Of a stretch of 52,092 nt of DNA, positions 9,718 to 19,540 are shown piece after piece. The notes under the pieces were generated by a model that ran no database searches, had not been told where the DNA came from, and was given only the letters and a program-made list of their open reading frames with translations. The position numbers and the translations under genes are program-made. Source of the stretch: an uncultured Pelosinus sp. (GTDB lineage: Bacteria > Bacillota > Negativicutes > DSM-13327); contig CAMKSY010000001.1 of NCBI GenBank assembly GCA_946415545.1, positions 1-52,092 on the forward strand, given 5' to 3'. Position 1 is the first letter of the stretch. Each line of letters begins with the position of its first letter.

Positions 9718-11112
9718 CTACTGTTGAAGAGATTTCTTCTCTCCATCACCTTTGTGCATTCCCGTTGCATAATACGAAGCAGCAATTATTCCAAACCAGA
9801 TTGGTGCAATGTATAGTGCAACGCGAGTCTCAGGATTGAAGAACATGGCTATGGCAACCAATGCTAGGAATCCTAAGCTGACCCAATTGGAAATAGGTGA
9901 AAACGGCATCGGATATTTGATTTGTGCAACTTGTTCAGGTGACAAGCTCTCGCGATATTTTAGTTGAATCAGTAAGATAATGCCCCATATCCAAAGAGCA
10001 CCGAAAGTAGCAACACTTGTAACATACACAAATACCTGTGCTGGAACCAGATAATTAAGCACTACACCGATCAATAAGAAACCCGATGAAACCAAAATTC
10101 CTTTAACAGGAACATGGCGGTCATTTAATTTACTAAACATAGCTGGAGCTTTTCCTTGCAGTGATAAATTATAAAGCATCCTGCCTGTACTAAACAGCCC
10201 ACTATTACAAGAAGATAAGGCCGCCGTCAGTACCACGAAGTTGATAATGCCGGCTGCTGCCCTTACCCCTAGCTTATTAAAAGTCAAGACAAAAGGACTG
10301 CCCATTGTACCAATTTGATTCCAAGGATATAACGACATAATGATCGTTAAAGAACCAACATAAAAAATGAGAATACGCCAAAACACCTTATCAATGGCAG
10401 CTGGTAAGGATTTATCAGGATTTTTGGCTTCACCGGCTGTAACACCAATCAATTCAATACCTAAATAAGAGAACATTACCATGGTGCTCGCCATAATCAT
10501 ACCTTCTATACCATTTGGGAAAAAACCGCCATTAGACCAGAGGTTAGAAATGCCGATTGCCACACCATGATTGGCAACACCAAAAGCGATCATGGCCGAG
10601 CCAGCCACAATCATTGCTAGAATCGTTACTACTTTAATTAAGGCAAACCAAAACTCAAACTCACCAAAAGCACGAACACTAATTAAATTAACAGATGCCA
10701 TTAAAACTAAAGCACACAAGGCGGGAATCCACTGGGGGACTTCCGGAACCCAAAAGGAAAAATATACCCCAACTGCAGTGATCTCTGCCATACATGTAAC
10801 AACCCACATAAACCAATATGTCCATCCTGTAATATAACCAGCCAGGGGTCCTAAGAAAATATTGGAATGAGCACTAAAGGTACCGGAAACGGGATAAGCA
10901 ACTGTTACTTCACCTAAGGCCCGCATAATATAGAACATAATAATACCAGCCAAGAAATATACAAGTATCAATGATGGTCCGGCAGCTTTTATTGCAGCGC
11001 CAGCTCCAAGAAATAACCCTACACCAATCGCTCCGCCTAATGCAATCAACTGAATGTGACGTTCCTCTAATCCCCGATGCAATCCTTCCTGCAATGCATT
11101 ATTTTTTTCCAC
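9718..11112 (-). CDS. APC-family amino acid permease (probably alanine; CycA/AlaP-like)
   Basis: RHIQLIALGGAIGVGLFLG, FGEFEFWFALIKV and GIELIGVTAGE motifs; directly downstream of ald. Substrate is inferred from context. Confidence 0.9.
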   Translation of the reverse strand: MEKNNALQEGLHRGLEERHIQLIALGGAIGVGLFLGAGAAIKAAGPSLILVYFLAGIIMFYIMRALGEVTVAYPVSGTFSAHSNIFLGPLAGYITGWTYWFMWVVTCMAEITAVGVYFSFWVPEVPQWIPALCALVLMASVNLISVRAFGEFEFWFALIKVVTILAMIVAGSAMIAFGVANHGVAIGISNLWSNGGFFPNGIEGMIMASTMVMFSYLGIELIGVTAGEAKNPDKSLPAAIDKVFWRILIFYVGSLTIIMSLYPWNQIGTMGSPFVLTFNKLGVRAAAGIINFVVLTAALSSCNSGLFSTGRMLYNLSLQGKAPAMFSKLNDRHVPVKGILVSSGFLLIGVVLNYLVPAQVFVYVTSVATFGALWIWGIILLIQLKYRESLSPEQVAQIKYPMPFSPISNWVSLGFLALVAIAMFFNPETRVALYIAPIWFGIIAASYYATGMHKGDGEKKSLQQ

Positions 11113-11277
11113 AAATTCTCCCCCTCATATATTAGACTCTGGGATTACGGTAGGTTATTCTGCGGTCACCTCCTTAGTATTCATGCTCCCCTTATTAAAT
11201 GTATCATGCACCTATATAGTGGAATATTCACCATCCTATTATTCTATATATTCAGACAATTAAGTTTTTATAGTATA

Positions 11278-11322
11278 CGCAAAAAGCATACTCTTAGCAC
11301 AGATACGAGTATGCTTTTTGCG
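11278..11322 (-). terminator. Terminator after ald
   Basis: CGCAAAAAGCATACTC...GAGTATGCTTTTTGCG inverted repeat. Confidence 0.7.
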
Positions 11323-11347
11323 AATTTGTTGATTTACTAAATTTTGT

Positions 11348-12466
11348 TTAGCTTAATACCGTTGTTACAGGAGTATAAGGTAAATTCTGATCATCAGCTA
11401 CAGCCTTAAACGTTACTTTTCCATCATAGACATTAAGTCCTCTTGCCAATCCAGCATCATCAGTAAGGGCTTGCTTCCAGCCTTTATTAGCAATCTGCAG
11501 CGCATATGGCAATGTTGAATTTGTTAAAGCCAAAGTGGACGTGCGCGCCACCGCTCCCGGCATGTTGGCTACGGAATAATGGATTACGCCGTGCTTTGTA
11601 TAGGTAGGTTCGCTATGAGTAGTAATTCGATCAATCGTTGAAACGGAACCGCCTTGATCAATTGCCACATCTACAATTACGGAACCAGCTTCCATCGTTT
11701 TTACCATTTCTTCACTCACTAACTTAGGAGCTTTTGCTCCAGGTATGAGTACAGCACCCACCAGAAGATCTGCTTGTTTTACCCATTTTGCAATATTATA
11801 GCTATTTGACATGACAGTAGTTACTCTGCCGCCAAAAATATCATCTAAGTAAGCAAGACGCTCTGTAGATTTATCAAGAATCGTAACACGTGCGCCCATG
11901 CCAACAGCCATCTTAGCAGCATTCGTACCTACCATGCCACCGCCAACAATTACGACCTGACCTGATTCTACTCCAGGAACGCCACCTAGAAGGATGCCTT
12001 TGCCTCCCCATGGTTTTTCCAAGAACTGCGCACCAATTTGTACTGCCATACGCCCTGCCACTTCACTCATTGGTGATAATAAAGGCAATGAATTATTCCG
12101 GCCTACAATCGTCTCATAGGCAATACCAATCACCTTTTTGTCTAATAACGCCTTTGTCAGCTCAGGCTCGGGAGCTAAATGCAAGTATGTAAATAAAATT
12201 TGTCCTTCATGAAACAATTCATACTCTGGCATTAGCGGTTCTTTCACTTTAATAATCATTTCTGAGGTATCAAATAATTCTTTTTTATCTGCGATAATTG
12301 TAGCCCCAACTTGCTGATAGCTTTCATCAGAAAAACCGCTGCCAATACCTGCATTTTTTTCAATTAATACAGTATGCCCTGCTCTACAAAGATCCTCCGC
12401 ACCTGCCGGGGTCAACCCCACACGATTTTCATTGTTCTTAATTTCTTTTGCTACGCCAATAATCAT
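11348..12466 (-). CDS. ald: Alanine dehydrogenase
   Basis: [38 protein letters not shown] and VANMPGAV motifs. Confidence 0.97.
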   Translation of the reverse strand: MIIGVAKEIKNNENRVGLTPAGAEDLCRAGHTVLIEKNAGIGSGFSDESYQQVGATIIADKKELFDTSEMIIKVKEPLMPEYELFHEGQILFTYLHLAPEPELTKALLDKKVIGIAYETIVGRNNSLPLLSPMSEVAGRMAVQIGAQFLEKPWGGKGILLGGVPGVESGQVVIVGGGMVGTNAAKMAVGMGARVTILDKSTERLAYLDDIFGGRVTTVMSNSYNIAKWVKQADLLVGAVLIPGAKAPKLVSEEMVKTMEAGSVIVDVAIDQGGSVSTIDRITTHSEPTYTKHGVIHYSVANMPGAVARTSTLALTNSTLPYALQIANKGWKQALTDDAGLARGLNVYDGKVTFKAVADDQNLPYTPVTTVLS

Positions 12467-12541
12467 AAATAATTCCCTCCATTTTCGCTTTACTATTTTA
12501 GCAAATATATAAATACACTATTGTATTACGACTTATAGTAT

Positions 12542-12557
12542 TGCAAAAATCATGCCA
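12542..12557 (-). promoter_or_regulatory. Sigma-54 (-24/-12) promoter of ald
   Basis: TGGCATGATTTTTGCA has GG-N10-GC, 75 nt upstream of the ald ATG and next to a GAFTGA-containing activator. Confidence 0.85.
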
Positions 12558-12767
12558 ATCAGGATGTCCTTATGATATATCGGCCCTTCTACCTAACAAT
12601 TATCAGGTTTTTCCTTATCTCACTTTAAAGCAGTCACATTTTAAAATCCCACTGGTCAATCAGTAATTCCAAAATGCTGTTTCTTGCGGAATTATTTATT
12701 TCCACTATAGATTCCATTGTTACGAATAGGTTCCATTTTATTGAATTTAATTACATAAATTACCAGT

Positions 12768-14318
12768 TTAATCGAGTAAAAAATCATATTTTCGTAATTT
12801 CTTTAATACCGCAGTATGGGATAAGCCTAAAACTGCTCCCATACGTCTCGAAGAGCGAAAGCGGCGAAGAGTTTCTTTTAAGATAACCACTTCCACTTCT
12901 GCTAAACGCTCCTCTAGGGTTTGATATTTCTCAAATTGTACCGTAGGCGGTGCTGTTTGCGAGCCAGACAACCTTCCCAATAAGATATGTTCTGGCTGGA
13001 CCAGTGTTCCATCAACTAAATTTACTGATCTCTCAATAATATTTTTTAATTCCCGTACATTGCCTGGCCAATTATAATCCTGCAGCCGTTGTAGAGCAGC
13101 AGGGGAAAAGCCCTGAACTGGATTATGTAATTTCTCAGCAAAATGTCTCAAAAAAAGTTCTCCTAATAGTTCAATGTCTTCATAACGCTCCCTGAGGGGG
13201 GGAATTAAAAGAGGAATTACATTTAAGCGATAGTATAAATCTTCACGAAAAATTTTATCTGCGACCATATCTTCTAAATTACGGTTGGTTGCCGCAATAA
13301 TACGTACATCAACAGCGACTTCTTTCGTACTTCCCACACGCCTTACCCGCTTTTCCTGCAGCACCCGCAGCAGTTTCACTTGAAGATGGGCAGATACTTC
13401 TCCTACTTCATCCAGAAATAATGTACCGCCATTGGCTAATTCGAACATTCCAGGCTTGCCGCCCTTGGCTGCGCCTGTAAAAGCCCCACGTGCGTATCCA
13501 AAAAGTTCACTCTCTAGTAATGTCTCAGGAATCGCAGCACAGTTAATCGGTACAAATGCAGCGGAAGCTCTTGTTGATGAACTATGCAAGGCTCTGGCAA
13601 ACAACTCTTTACCGGTTCCGGTTTCCCCTCGGATTAATATAGTAGAATCACTAGCAGCATATCGCCGTGCCTGATTGACCACTTGTCTCATCACTGCACT
13701 GGCATAGGGAATATCTGCAAAGGTCATTGGTAAAGAAGCTGTCATATTATTCATTAGACTTCTTACTTCTTGTGTATCTCGGATTAAGGCAACTACGCCT
13801 ACGACTTCATTATCATTATTCTTAAGAGGAATTGTACTGACAACACAATAACTATTACCCCCGTCAATATATACCTCTCGATTATGGTACTGACAACCGG
13901 TCTGCAGCGTTTCTTGTATTAGCAGATTTTTAAACAAGTCGGCCCCTAAGGGTTTACCGACTGCTTTCTTCACAGGTAAATTCAAAATTCGTGCTGCTGC
14001 CGGATTGTATTGTGCAATAAGACCATCAGGATTAACAGATAAAATGCCATCATGCACAGATGTTAATATTGCATCAAGCTGTTCAGCTCGTTCTTTACAG
14101 GGCATGGCAGAGATCTCATCAATTCTTTGAATTCCAGTAATACGAGATAATTCGGCAATACATTCCGTGGATTGCTGCCCAGATACGCTTTGATACTCCA
14201 GATAAATTTTATTCTTCTCAACTTCCATAGAAACAATATTAATTCTGCGTTTTGCCAGGATAGCGGTAATATCATGAACAACTCCGATACGATCGATGTA
14301 TAGTATTCGCAAATACAT
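12768..14318 (-). CDS. Sigma-54 enhancer-binding protein with ACT and PAS domains (TyrR/PhhR/GcsR-like architecture)
   Basis: N-terminal ACT (DRIGVVHDIT), PAS, GETGTGKE, ESELFGY..GAFTGA, C-terminal HTH (LGLSHTAVLKKLRKY). Confidence 0.92.
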   Translation of the reverse strand: MYLRILYIDRIGVVHDITAILAKRRINIVSMEVEKNKIYLEYQSVSGQQSTECIAELSRITGIQRIDEISAMPCKERAEQLDAILTSVHDGILSVNPDGLIAQYNPAAARILNLPVKKAVGKPLGADLFKNLLIQETLQTGCQYHNREVYIDGGNSYCVVSTIPLKNNDNEVVGVVALIRDTQEVRSLMNNMTASLPMTFADIPYASAVMRQVVNQARRYAASDSTILIRGETGTGKELFARALHSSSTRASAAFVPINCAAIPETLLESELFGYARGAFTGAAKGGKPGMFELANGGTLFLDEVGEVSAHLQVKLLRVLQEKRVRRVGSTKEVAVDVRIIAATNRNLEDMVADKIFREDLYYRLNVIPLLIPPLRERYEDIELLGELFLRHFAEKLHNPVQGFSPAALQRLQDYNWPGNVRELKNIIERSVNLVDGTLVQPEHILLGRLSGSQTAPPTVQFEKYQTLEERLAEVEVVILKETLRRFRSSRRMGAVLGLSHTAVLKKLRKYDFLLD

Positions 14319-14503
14319 CTTTTACACGCTCCTCTTATCCATATCAGGATTTCTTCATCCAAATAAGGTCAACAAAATCAGCTGGTGGAAAAACCAACTG
14401 AATTTTGTTGACCTCATTGTACAACTTTGTACAGTATTTCTTCAAACTAAATTTATTTTCCTGCTGCAACCAGATAATTATGGAGAAAAAATCATTTAGA
14501 CTC

Positions 14504-14665
14504 CTATTTTTTAAATCCCACTGGTTTAATTGGTGAATTTCTTAGCATTTTTGCTAATACGTCTTTAAATTCTTCCTGCTGTTTCTTTTTCATTCCGTCC
14601 CTGGATTGCGGGTTGTCATGCCTCTGGTGATCAATCGGATAAACCCTTGATACCTTAGTAATCAT
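14504..14665 (-). CDS. Small hypothetical protein (53 aa)
   Basis: MITKVSRVYPIDHQRHDNPQSRDGMKKKQQEEFKDVLAKMLRNSPIKPVGFKK with AAGGAGG RBS. Not in the track. Confidence 0.6.
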   Translation of the reverse strand: MITKVSRVYPIDHQRHDNPQSRDGMKKKQQEEFKDVLAKMLRNSPIKPVGFKK

Positions 14666-14795
14666 TCGTACCGCCCTCCTTACTTCTTCATATAGTAATT
14701 ATATCGAAATAAAATAGGCTTTTCTTAATTATTTTTGTAAATTTTTACCAAAATAAATTTAATGTCCAGACTGCAATACATTATAAAAGTAAAAT

Positions 14796-16061
14796 TTAAT
14801 ATAAATAGTATCTCTTTGACATTATTTTAAATTGATCTGCCTCTTTTTCCCATCGGCTATATAACTCATTTAAAGAATATGTACCTTTTCTAACGCTGTC
14901 GTCCCCCGTAACCAAATCAATCGAGCTCTCATTTTTTCCATTACGCATAAAAGAAAATTTATCACCGCTCATTTCTTGTATCGTATATAGTAAGCTAATA
15001 CCTGTTTTTACAGGCAGGAAAGTCCTTTTATCAATCACATGCAGCTGTACACCCGCGCATGATTCGTTTTGATATAATCCAAAGTTTGGAGTAAAGTAAG
15101 CTGGACGAAAAATCACTCCAGGCAGCTGTAATGCTGTCATTTTTTCTGCCAGCTCATATGCATCAAGCCAGGGTGCGCCAACGAACTCAAAAGGCCTTGT
15201 AGTTCCAACCCCTTCTGAAATATTTGTACCTCCAAAAATACCCGTTCCAGGATAAACAAGGGCCGTATCAGGGGTAGGGATATTAGGTGATGTCATTACC
15301 CAAGGCAAATGGGTTTCTTCAAAATCCATATTTCTTTGCCAGCCTGTCATTTCAATAACCACTAAGTCACAGCCAATACCATACTCCGTATTAAACAATC
15401 TCGCCAGCTCTCCTACCGTCATGCCATGCCTTGTTGGGATTGGATACATTCCAATAAAGGATTCAAATCCAGGCTTGATAAGATTTCCTTCAACCATATT
15501 CCCGCCAATTGGATTGGGTCTATCCAAAATCACCATCGTTTTCCCCATTTCCTTACAAGCCTGCATCGCATAAGCCATCGTATAAATATAGGTATAGGAA
15601 CGAGCACCTACATCCTGTATATCAAAAGCCAATACATCAATATCAGCCAGCATTTCTGGAGTAGGTTTTTTGGTCGCACCATATAAGCTATGAATGGGCA
15701 GCCCTGTCTTTTCATCAACACTGGTATTCACAGAATCTCCGGCTTTAGCAGCACCACGGATGCCATGCTCTGGGGAAAATAAGGCGACCAAATTTGTTTT
15801 TCTATAAAGCACATCCACTGAGCTCTCAAAAGAGCTATTCATTCCTGTAGAGTTTGTAATTAAGCCGACTCGTTTCCCTGCAAAAATCTGTGAATAAGCA
15901 TCGATACGGTCAATCCCTAATTGTACTGGCACAGATTGTTTGATTTCTGGACTCCACTTTGCTTTTGCTTGTTTTTTTGCTTCACCAATACTTATACCAT
16001 TCGCCAATGCAATAATAAATACGATAAATAATAGCATTATCCTTGCAGTACTTCGGTTCAT
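14796..16061 (-). CDS. namZ: Exo-beta-N-acetylmuramidase (DUF1343)
   Basis: RVGLITN.TG, LFSPEHGIRG, DIQDVGARSYTY, LDRPNPIGG and SEGVGTTRPFE motifs; GGAGG RBS before MNRSTAR and a signal peptide. Confidence 0.88.
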   Translation of the reverse strand: MNRSTARIMLLFIVFIIALANGISIGEAKKQAKAKWSPEIKQSVPVQLGIDRIDAYSQIFAGKRVGLITNSTGMNSSFESSVDVLYRKTNLVALFSPEHGIRGAAKAGDSVNTSVDEKTGLPIHSLYGATKKPTPEMLADIDVLAFDIQDVGARSYTYIYTMAYAMQACKEMGKTMVILDRPNPIGGNMVEGNLIKPGFESFIGMYPIPTRHGMTVGELARLFNTEYGIGCDLVVIEMTGWQRNMDFEETHLPWVMTSPNIPTPDTALVYPGTGIFGGTNISEGVGTTRPFEFVGAPWLDAYELAEKMTALQLPGVIFRPAYFTPNFGLYQNESCAGVQLHVIDKRTFLPVKTGISLLYTIQEMSGDKFSFMRNGKNESSIDLVTGDDSVRKGTYSLNELYSRWEKEADQFKIMSKRYYLY

Positions 16062-16128
16062 CCTTTTAGCCTCCATTTCAAAAAAAGAGCCCGCGAGCTG
16101 CCGCTGCTCGAAGGCTATCTGATCTTCC

Positions 16129-16818
16129 TTATATGCTTGCACCTGTAATTAGTTCTCTTTTGGTATGTTTCTCTGCTACTGCAGCCGTTTCTTCAATACC
16201 TGTAATAATATGCTGCATGGATGTTTCAATATTTCCTAAAATATCATTAATCTTTTTAGTTGCCTCTACACTATCTTCCGATAACTTGCGGACTTCAGTG
16301 GCTACGACTGCAAAACCTCTGCCATGTTCCCCCGCCCGAGCTGCCTCAATTGCTGCATTTAAACCAAGTAAATTGGTTTGCTGAGATACCTTATTAATAA
16401 AATCAATCACTTCGTGAGTATTATTAATATGACTTTTAGCTTCACTTACGGATTGTGATAATACAGCAACCTTCGCGTTCAAATCTTCACTCATTAAAAC
16501 CTGGGACTTAATTAAATGGTATAGCATACTGGTAATAAAGTCATCTACCACTTTAACATTCGGCGATTTATGTTCTTCGATTAATTGATTTACTTTCTGA
16601 TTGCCGGTAATATTTAGCACTACATTAACTGTTGGCATTTTAAGACCGTCACGAACATCTGCAAAGGTACGAATTCCCAATCTTTGTGCCAGTTGCATTG
16701 CTGCAGCATCCGATTTAACATCCACAACTCCGACAATCTCTATGTCCGGTACTTGACTCACCATTTCTATAATCCCAACGCCACCTCTGCCGCCACCAAC
16801 TAACAAAATATTAATCAC
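16129..16818 (-). CDS. Soluble chemoreceptor: N-terminal Rossmann-like (Gfo/Idh/MocA-type) domain plus short MCP signalling domain
   Basis: [10 protein letters not shown]...IVGVVD (beta-alpha-beta) followed by [32 protein letters not shown]; no TM; GGAGG RBS before GTG 16818. Confidence 0.85.
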   Translation of the reverse strand: MINILLVGGGRGGVGIIEMVSQVPDIEIVGVVDVKSDAAAMQLAQRLGIRTFADVRDGLKMPTVNVVLNITGNQKVNQLIEEHKSPNVKVVDDFITSMLYHLIKSQVLMSEDLNAKVAVLSQSVSEAKSHINNTHEVIDFINKVSQQTNLLGLNAAIEAARAGEHGRGFAVVATEVRKLSEDSVEATKKINDILGNIETSMQHIITGIEETAAVAEKHTKRELITGASI

Positions 16819-16938
16819 ATATTCGCCTCCCAACATTGCTACAAAGCCAAGCATTCTCTTATCATATATTATACTATAAATCTCCACGATCCACATCAGC
16901 ATATTTTCATTGTTTTTTCTCTTGTACAAACAAACCAA

Positions 16939-16966
16939 AAAGGATTTTGCTCTTACTTCTTCGAAT
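16939..16966 (+). promoter_or_regulatory. SigH-type promoter upstream of the beta-barrel gene
   Basis: AAAGGATTT-N12-TTCGAAT. Confidence 0.5.
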
Positions 16967-17018
16967 ACTCTTTATTCGAAGAAGCATATGGCTATAATTC
17001 AATATCGAAAGGAATGAA

Positions 17019-17945
17019 GTGATGACCTATTTCCTACTCCTTATTTTTTTATTCTCTTTACCCAACATTGTACATGCTCAGCAATTGATTATGGAGGGGA
17101 AAGCAACTGTCGAATACGAATCACGCCAATACAAACATCCCAATCTTGCAGATGTGGACTTTGTCGAACGGACGATACGTCTCACAGGAACAGTCCCCCT
17201 CTCTGCACAAACCTCACTTTTTCTGCGTTTAGGTCATCAGTCTTATTGCGGTGATGCATTGAATTCAGCTAAAACAGCGATTGATCAATATGGCCTGCGA
17301 TGGAAAAATGCCCGTACAACGGTTACTATCGGCAGCCAAGAGACTTATATAGGGGCATCAGGAGTTATATTTGATAATAGCTTAAACGTTGGTGAGGGAA
17401 TGCTTCACGGTGTTGATATTCGCAATAAAAGAGGCCGCAATGCATACCATCTGTCTGGCGGTCGCCTCGATTCATCTCTTTTTGCCAATAATCAATCTCG
17501 CAGCTTTTTTGGAATGGAATGGGCTCATTATTCTGGCAATATTCGTTTATTAGTGAGCTACCTACGCATACCAAATCTACCTACACAGGCTGATGATTAT
17601 ACGGGATTTAGTATTAGCTCACCCATGGGCAAAGCAGAATGGCTTACAGAATTGATTCATTCTTCGGCTCCCACCGAAAACCAAGCTATACTCCACGGTA
17701 TAAAATACAATCCCACCAAGCAGCAAGCCATTAAATTAATTATTGGAAAATTACCAGATAACTCTGTTCCGAAAGGAAAATCCAGCCTAGGAGGTTACGA
17801 TAATGGTGTCCGCGGGTTCCAGCTGTCCGCGACGCATATGCTAGCTCCATCCACTCGAATGGCTGTGAAATATAGTCGTGTAAAAACCATTACAGGTAAT
17901 ATCCCCATTCGAAAAACAGAAATAGAATTTACGCAATTATTTTAA
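17019..17945 (+). CDS. Putative outer-membrane beta-barrel (porin-like) protein
   Basis: Signal peptide (..VHA/QQ), amphipathic beta-strand pattern, C-terminal Phe (TEIEFTQLF). Confidence 0.65.
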   Translation: MMTYFLLLIFLFSLPNIVHAQQLIMEGKATVEYESRQYKHPNLADVDFVERTIRLTGTVPLSAQTSLFLRLGHQSYCGDALNSAKTAIDQYGLRWKNARTTVTIGSQETYIGASGVIFDNSLNVGEGMLHGVDIRNKRGRNAYHLSGGRLDSSLFANNQSRSFFGMEWAHYSGNIRLLVSYLRIPNLPTQADDYTGFSISSPMGKAEWLTELIHSSAPTENQAILHGIKYNPTKQQAIKLIIGKLPDNSVPKGKSSLGGYDNGVRGFQLSATHMLAPSTRMAVKYSRVKTITGNIPIRKTEIEFTQLF

Positions 17946-17988
17946 AAATCATTTACTTAATCTAAAAAGCAGATGCTATATTATAATT

Positions 17989-18140
17989 ATGAAACTGCCG
18001 CCCCTTGAAGGAGCGGCAGTTTCATCTGCAGTGTTCTGCCGGTCATATTGTTTCTGCATGGAAATTCATCCGATGTTGGGGTGGAGCTTCTAATTAATAA
18101 AATCGTCTTAGTAAGAAGGCTTCTCCTTACTAAGACGATT
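17989..18140 (+). ncRNA. Candidate structured sRNA (about 150 nt)
   Basis: Extended -10 TGCTATATT at 17974-17982, a 13-bp GC-rich stem at 17989-18025, further hairpins with GU pairs on this strand, ending at the 18101-18140 hairpin. Confidence 0.35.
18101..18140. terminator. Terminator after cotJC, possibly bidirectional
   Basis: AATCGTCTTAGTAAG...CTTACTAAGACGATT, 15-bp arms. Confidence 0.7.
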
Positions 18141-18150
18141 ATCATCATCT

Positions 18151-18744
18151 TTATTTCTCTACATTGCACCCGCACCACATATTCTTCTTTCCCATATGTT
18201 CCTGTATATCATTCAAACATTCACCAAACCTCTGGAAATGCACTACCTCCCTTTGCCATAAGAAGCGCAGCATATCCTTTACACAAGGGTCATTTGTCAT
18301 CTCAATGAGATGCTCGTAGGTAACGCGAGCTTTCTGCTCCGCTGCCATATTCTCAGTTAAATCTGCTATTGGATCACCAAGACAAGCTATATACTGAGCT
18401 GACCAAGGAACGCCATTCGCATCTGTCCAAAACAGTCCATGATTGTGCTGGACATAATGACCTCCCCACCCTGCAGCTTCATAGTCTTTAGGACTTGCAC
18501 CCTCAGTCAGTTTGTATACAAGTGCTGCGATCATTTCCATATGTGCCAACTCTTCTGTGCCAATGTCCGTTAATAAGGCGATCGCTTTATTGGTCGGCAT
18601 AGAATATCGTTGATTTAAATATCGTAAGGATGCGCCTAGCTCACCATCCGGACCTCCATATTGGGTAACGACTAGCTTGGCGAAACTTACGTCAGGACGA
18701 GTTACTTTTACGGGGTGCTGTAAACTTTTTTCATATATCCACAT
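18151..18744 (-). CDS. cotJC: Spore coat manganese catalase-family protein
   Basis: MWIYEK.LQHPV, QYGGPDGEL.ASLRYL.Q, DIGTEELAH.EM and REVVHFQRFGE motifs. True start is ATG 18744. Confidence 0.95.
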   Translation of the reverse strand: MWIYEKSLQHPVKVTRPDVSFAKLVVTQYGGPDGELGASLRYLNQRYSMPTNKAIALLTDIGTEELAHMEMIAALVYKLTEGASPKDYEAAGWGGHYVQHNHGLFWTDANGVPWSAQYIACLGDPIADLTENMAAEQKARVTYEHLIEMTNDPCVKDMLRFLWQREVVHFQRFGECLNDIQEHMGKKNMWCGCNVEK

Positions 18745-18760
18745 TCTGCTATTCCCCCAT

Positions 18761-19018
18761 CTATATTTCCCACGGCCAGGGACTTTCCACCCATTGCCAT
18801 GGTTCTTTAGAGTATCCGCCAAATCCAAAATTTAAAAGAGGTCCAAATTCATCTTGATACGCTTTTTTACGTTTTTCCAGCACTTGAACGGCACAGTTAA
18901 AATCATTAATCGCATCTACATCACAAGGATGAGTATCTAAATATAAATTCAGTTCTACAGCAACAAATTGTATTTCTTGAATTTTCCTTAACATACTCAT
19001 TTGCTTTTCACAATTCAC
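18761..19018 (-). CDS. cotJB: Spore coat protein
   Basis: FVAVELNLYLDTHP.D...FGPL...W.WVESPWPWE. Confidence 0.95.
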   Translation of the reverse strand: MNCEKQMSMLRKIQEIQFVAVELNLYLDTHPCDVDAINDFNCAVQVLEKRKKAYQDEFGPLLNFGFGGYSKEPWQWVESPWPWEI

Positions 19019-19036
19019 TGCTTTCACCTCCCAATG

Positions 19037-19324
19037 TTACCTTGGTATTGGATATACACCATATAAGCTCGGGAATAAGGTTCCCTTCTTTAACGCCTCT
19101 TGAGGACTAAAAGCTTCATCATAGCACTGCCATGGAACGTATGCATGAGCTAGCATCATTTTTACGCTTGTCTTTTGACAACTGCATGTATTATTTGTAT
19201 TCCACATATTCATATTATCCCGTTCCAGCTCTTCTTGTTCAACATTATCCTCGACTCGTTCATCTTTTTCTTCAAGCGGTTCGTCCTTTTCTTCAACCTG
19301 AGCATTATCTACATTCCTTTTCAC
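19037..19324 (-). CDS. cotJA: Spore coat protein with acidic N-terminal extension
   Basis: LAHAYVPWQ.Y...FSP.EALKKGTLFPSL; first gene of cotJABC. Confidence 0.92.
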   Translation of the reverse strand: MKRNVDNAQVEEKDEPLEEKDERVEDNVEQEELERDNMNMWNTNNTCSCQKTSVKMMLAHAYVPWQCYDEAFSPQEALKKGTLFPSLYGVYPIPR

Positions 19325-19355
19325 TGATCCATCCTCCCCTCATACTACTTATTAC

Positions 19356-19383
19356 ATTTTATGTAATGGTGCCACAGTATGTG
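19356..19383 (-). promoter_or_regulatory. Mother-cell (SigE/SigK-type) promoter of cotJABC
   Basis: CACA-N16-CATAAAAT. Confidence 0.5.
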
Positions 19384-19455
19384 ACTTATAATAGGAAATA
19401 TACTAGAACGTAGTCGCTTTAAAGCATAAAATGCAAACTTGCTAAGACATAAAAA

Positions 19456-19489
19456 CACAGAGTGGGAAGAAACTACTTCCCACTCTGTG
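19456..19489 (-). terminator. Terminator after the PspC-domain gene
   Basis: CACAGAGTGGGAAG...CTTCCCACTCTGTG with a T-run on the minus strand. Confidence 0.75.
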
Positions 19490-19540
19490 CTCAATGCTTC
19501 TTTTTTTAATTATATTCTCTAAAACCTATAAAAAAATCAA

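Noticed and set aside
16062-16142. N-terminal extension of namZ in the track
   Set aside because: Crosses the upstream gene's terminator-like hairpin; a better RBS precedes ATG 16061.
18745-18828. N-terminal extension of cotJC in the ORF track
   Set aside because: Overlaps cotJB; the family start MWIYEK has its own RBS at 18744.
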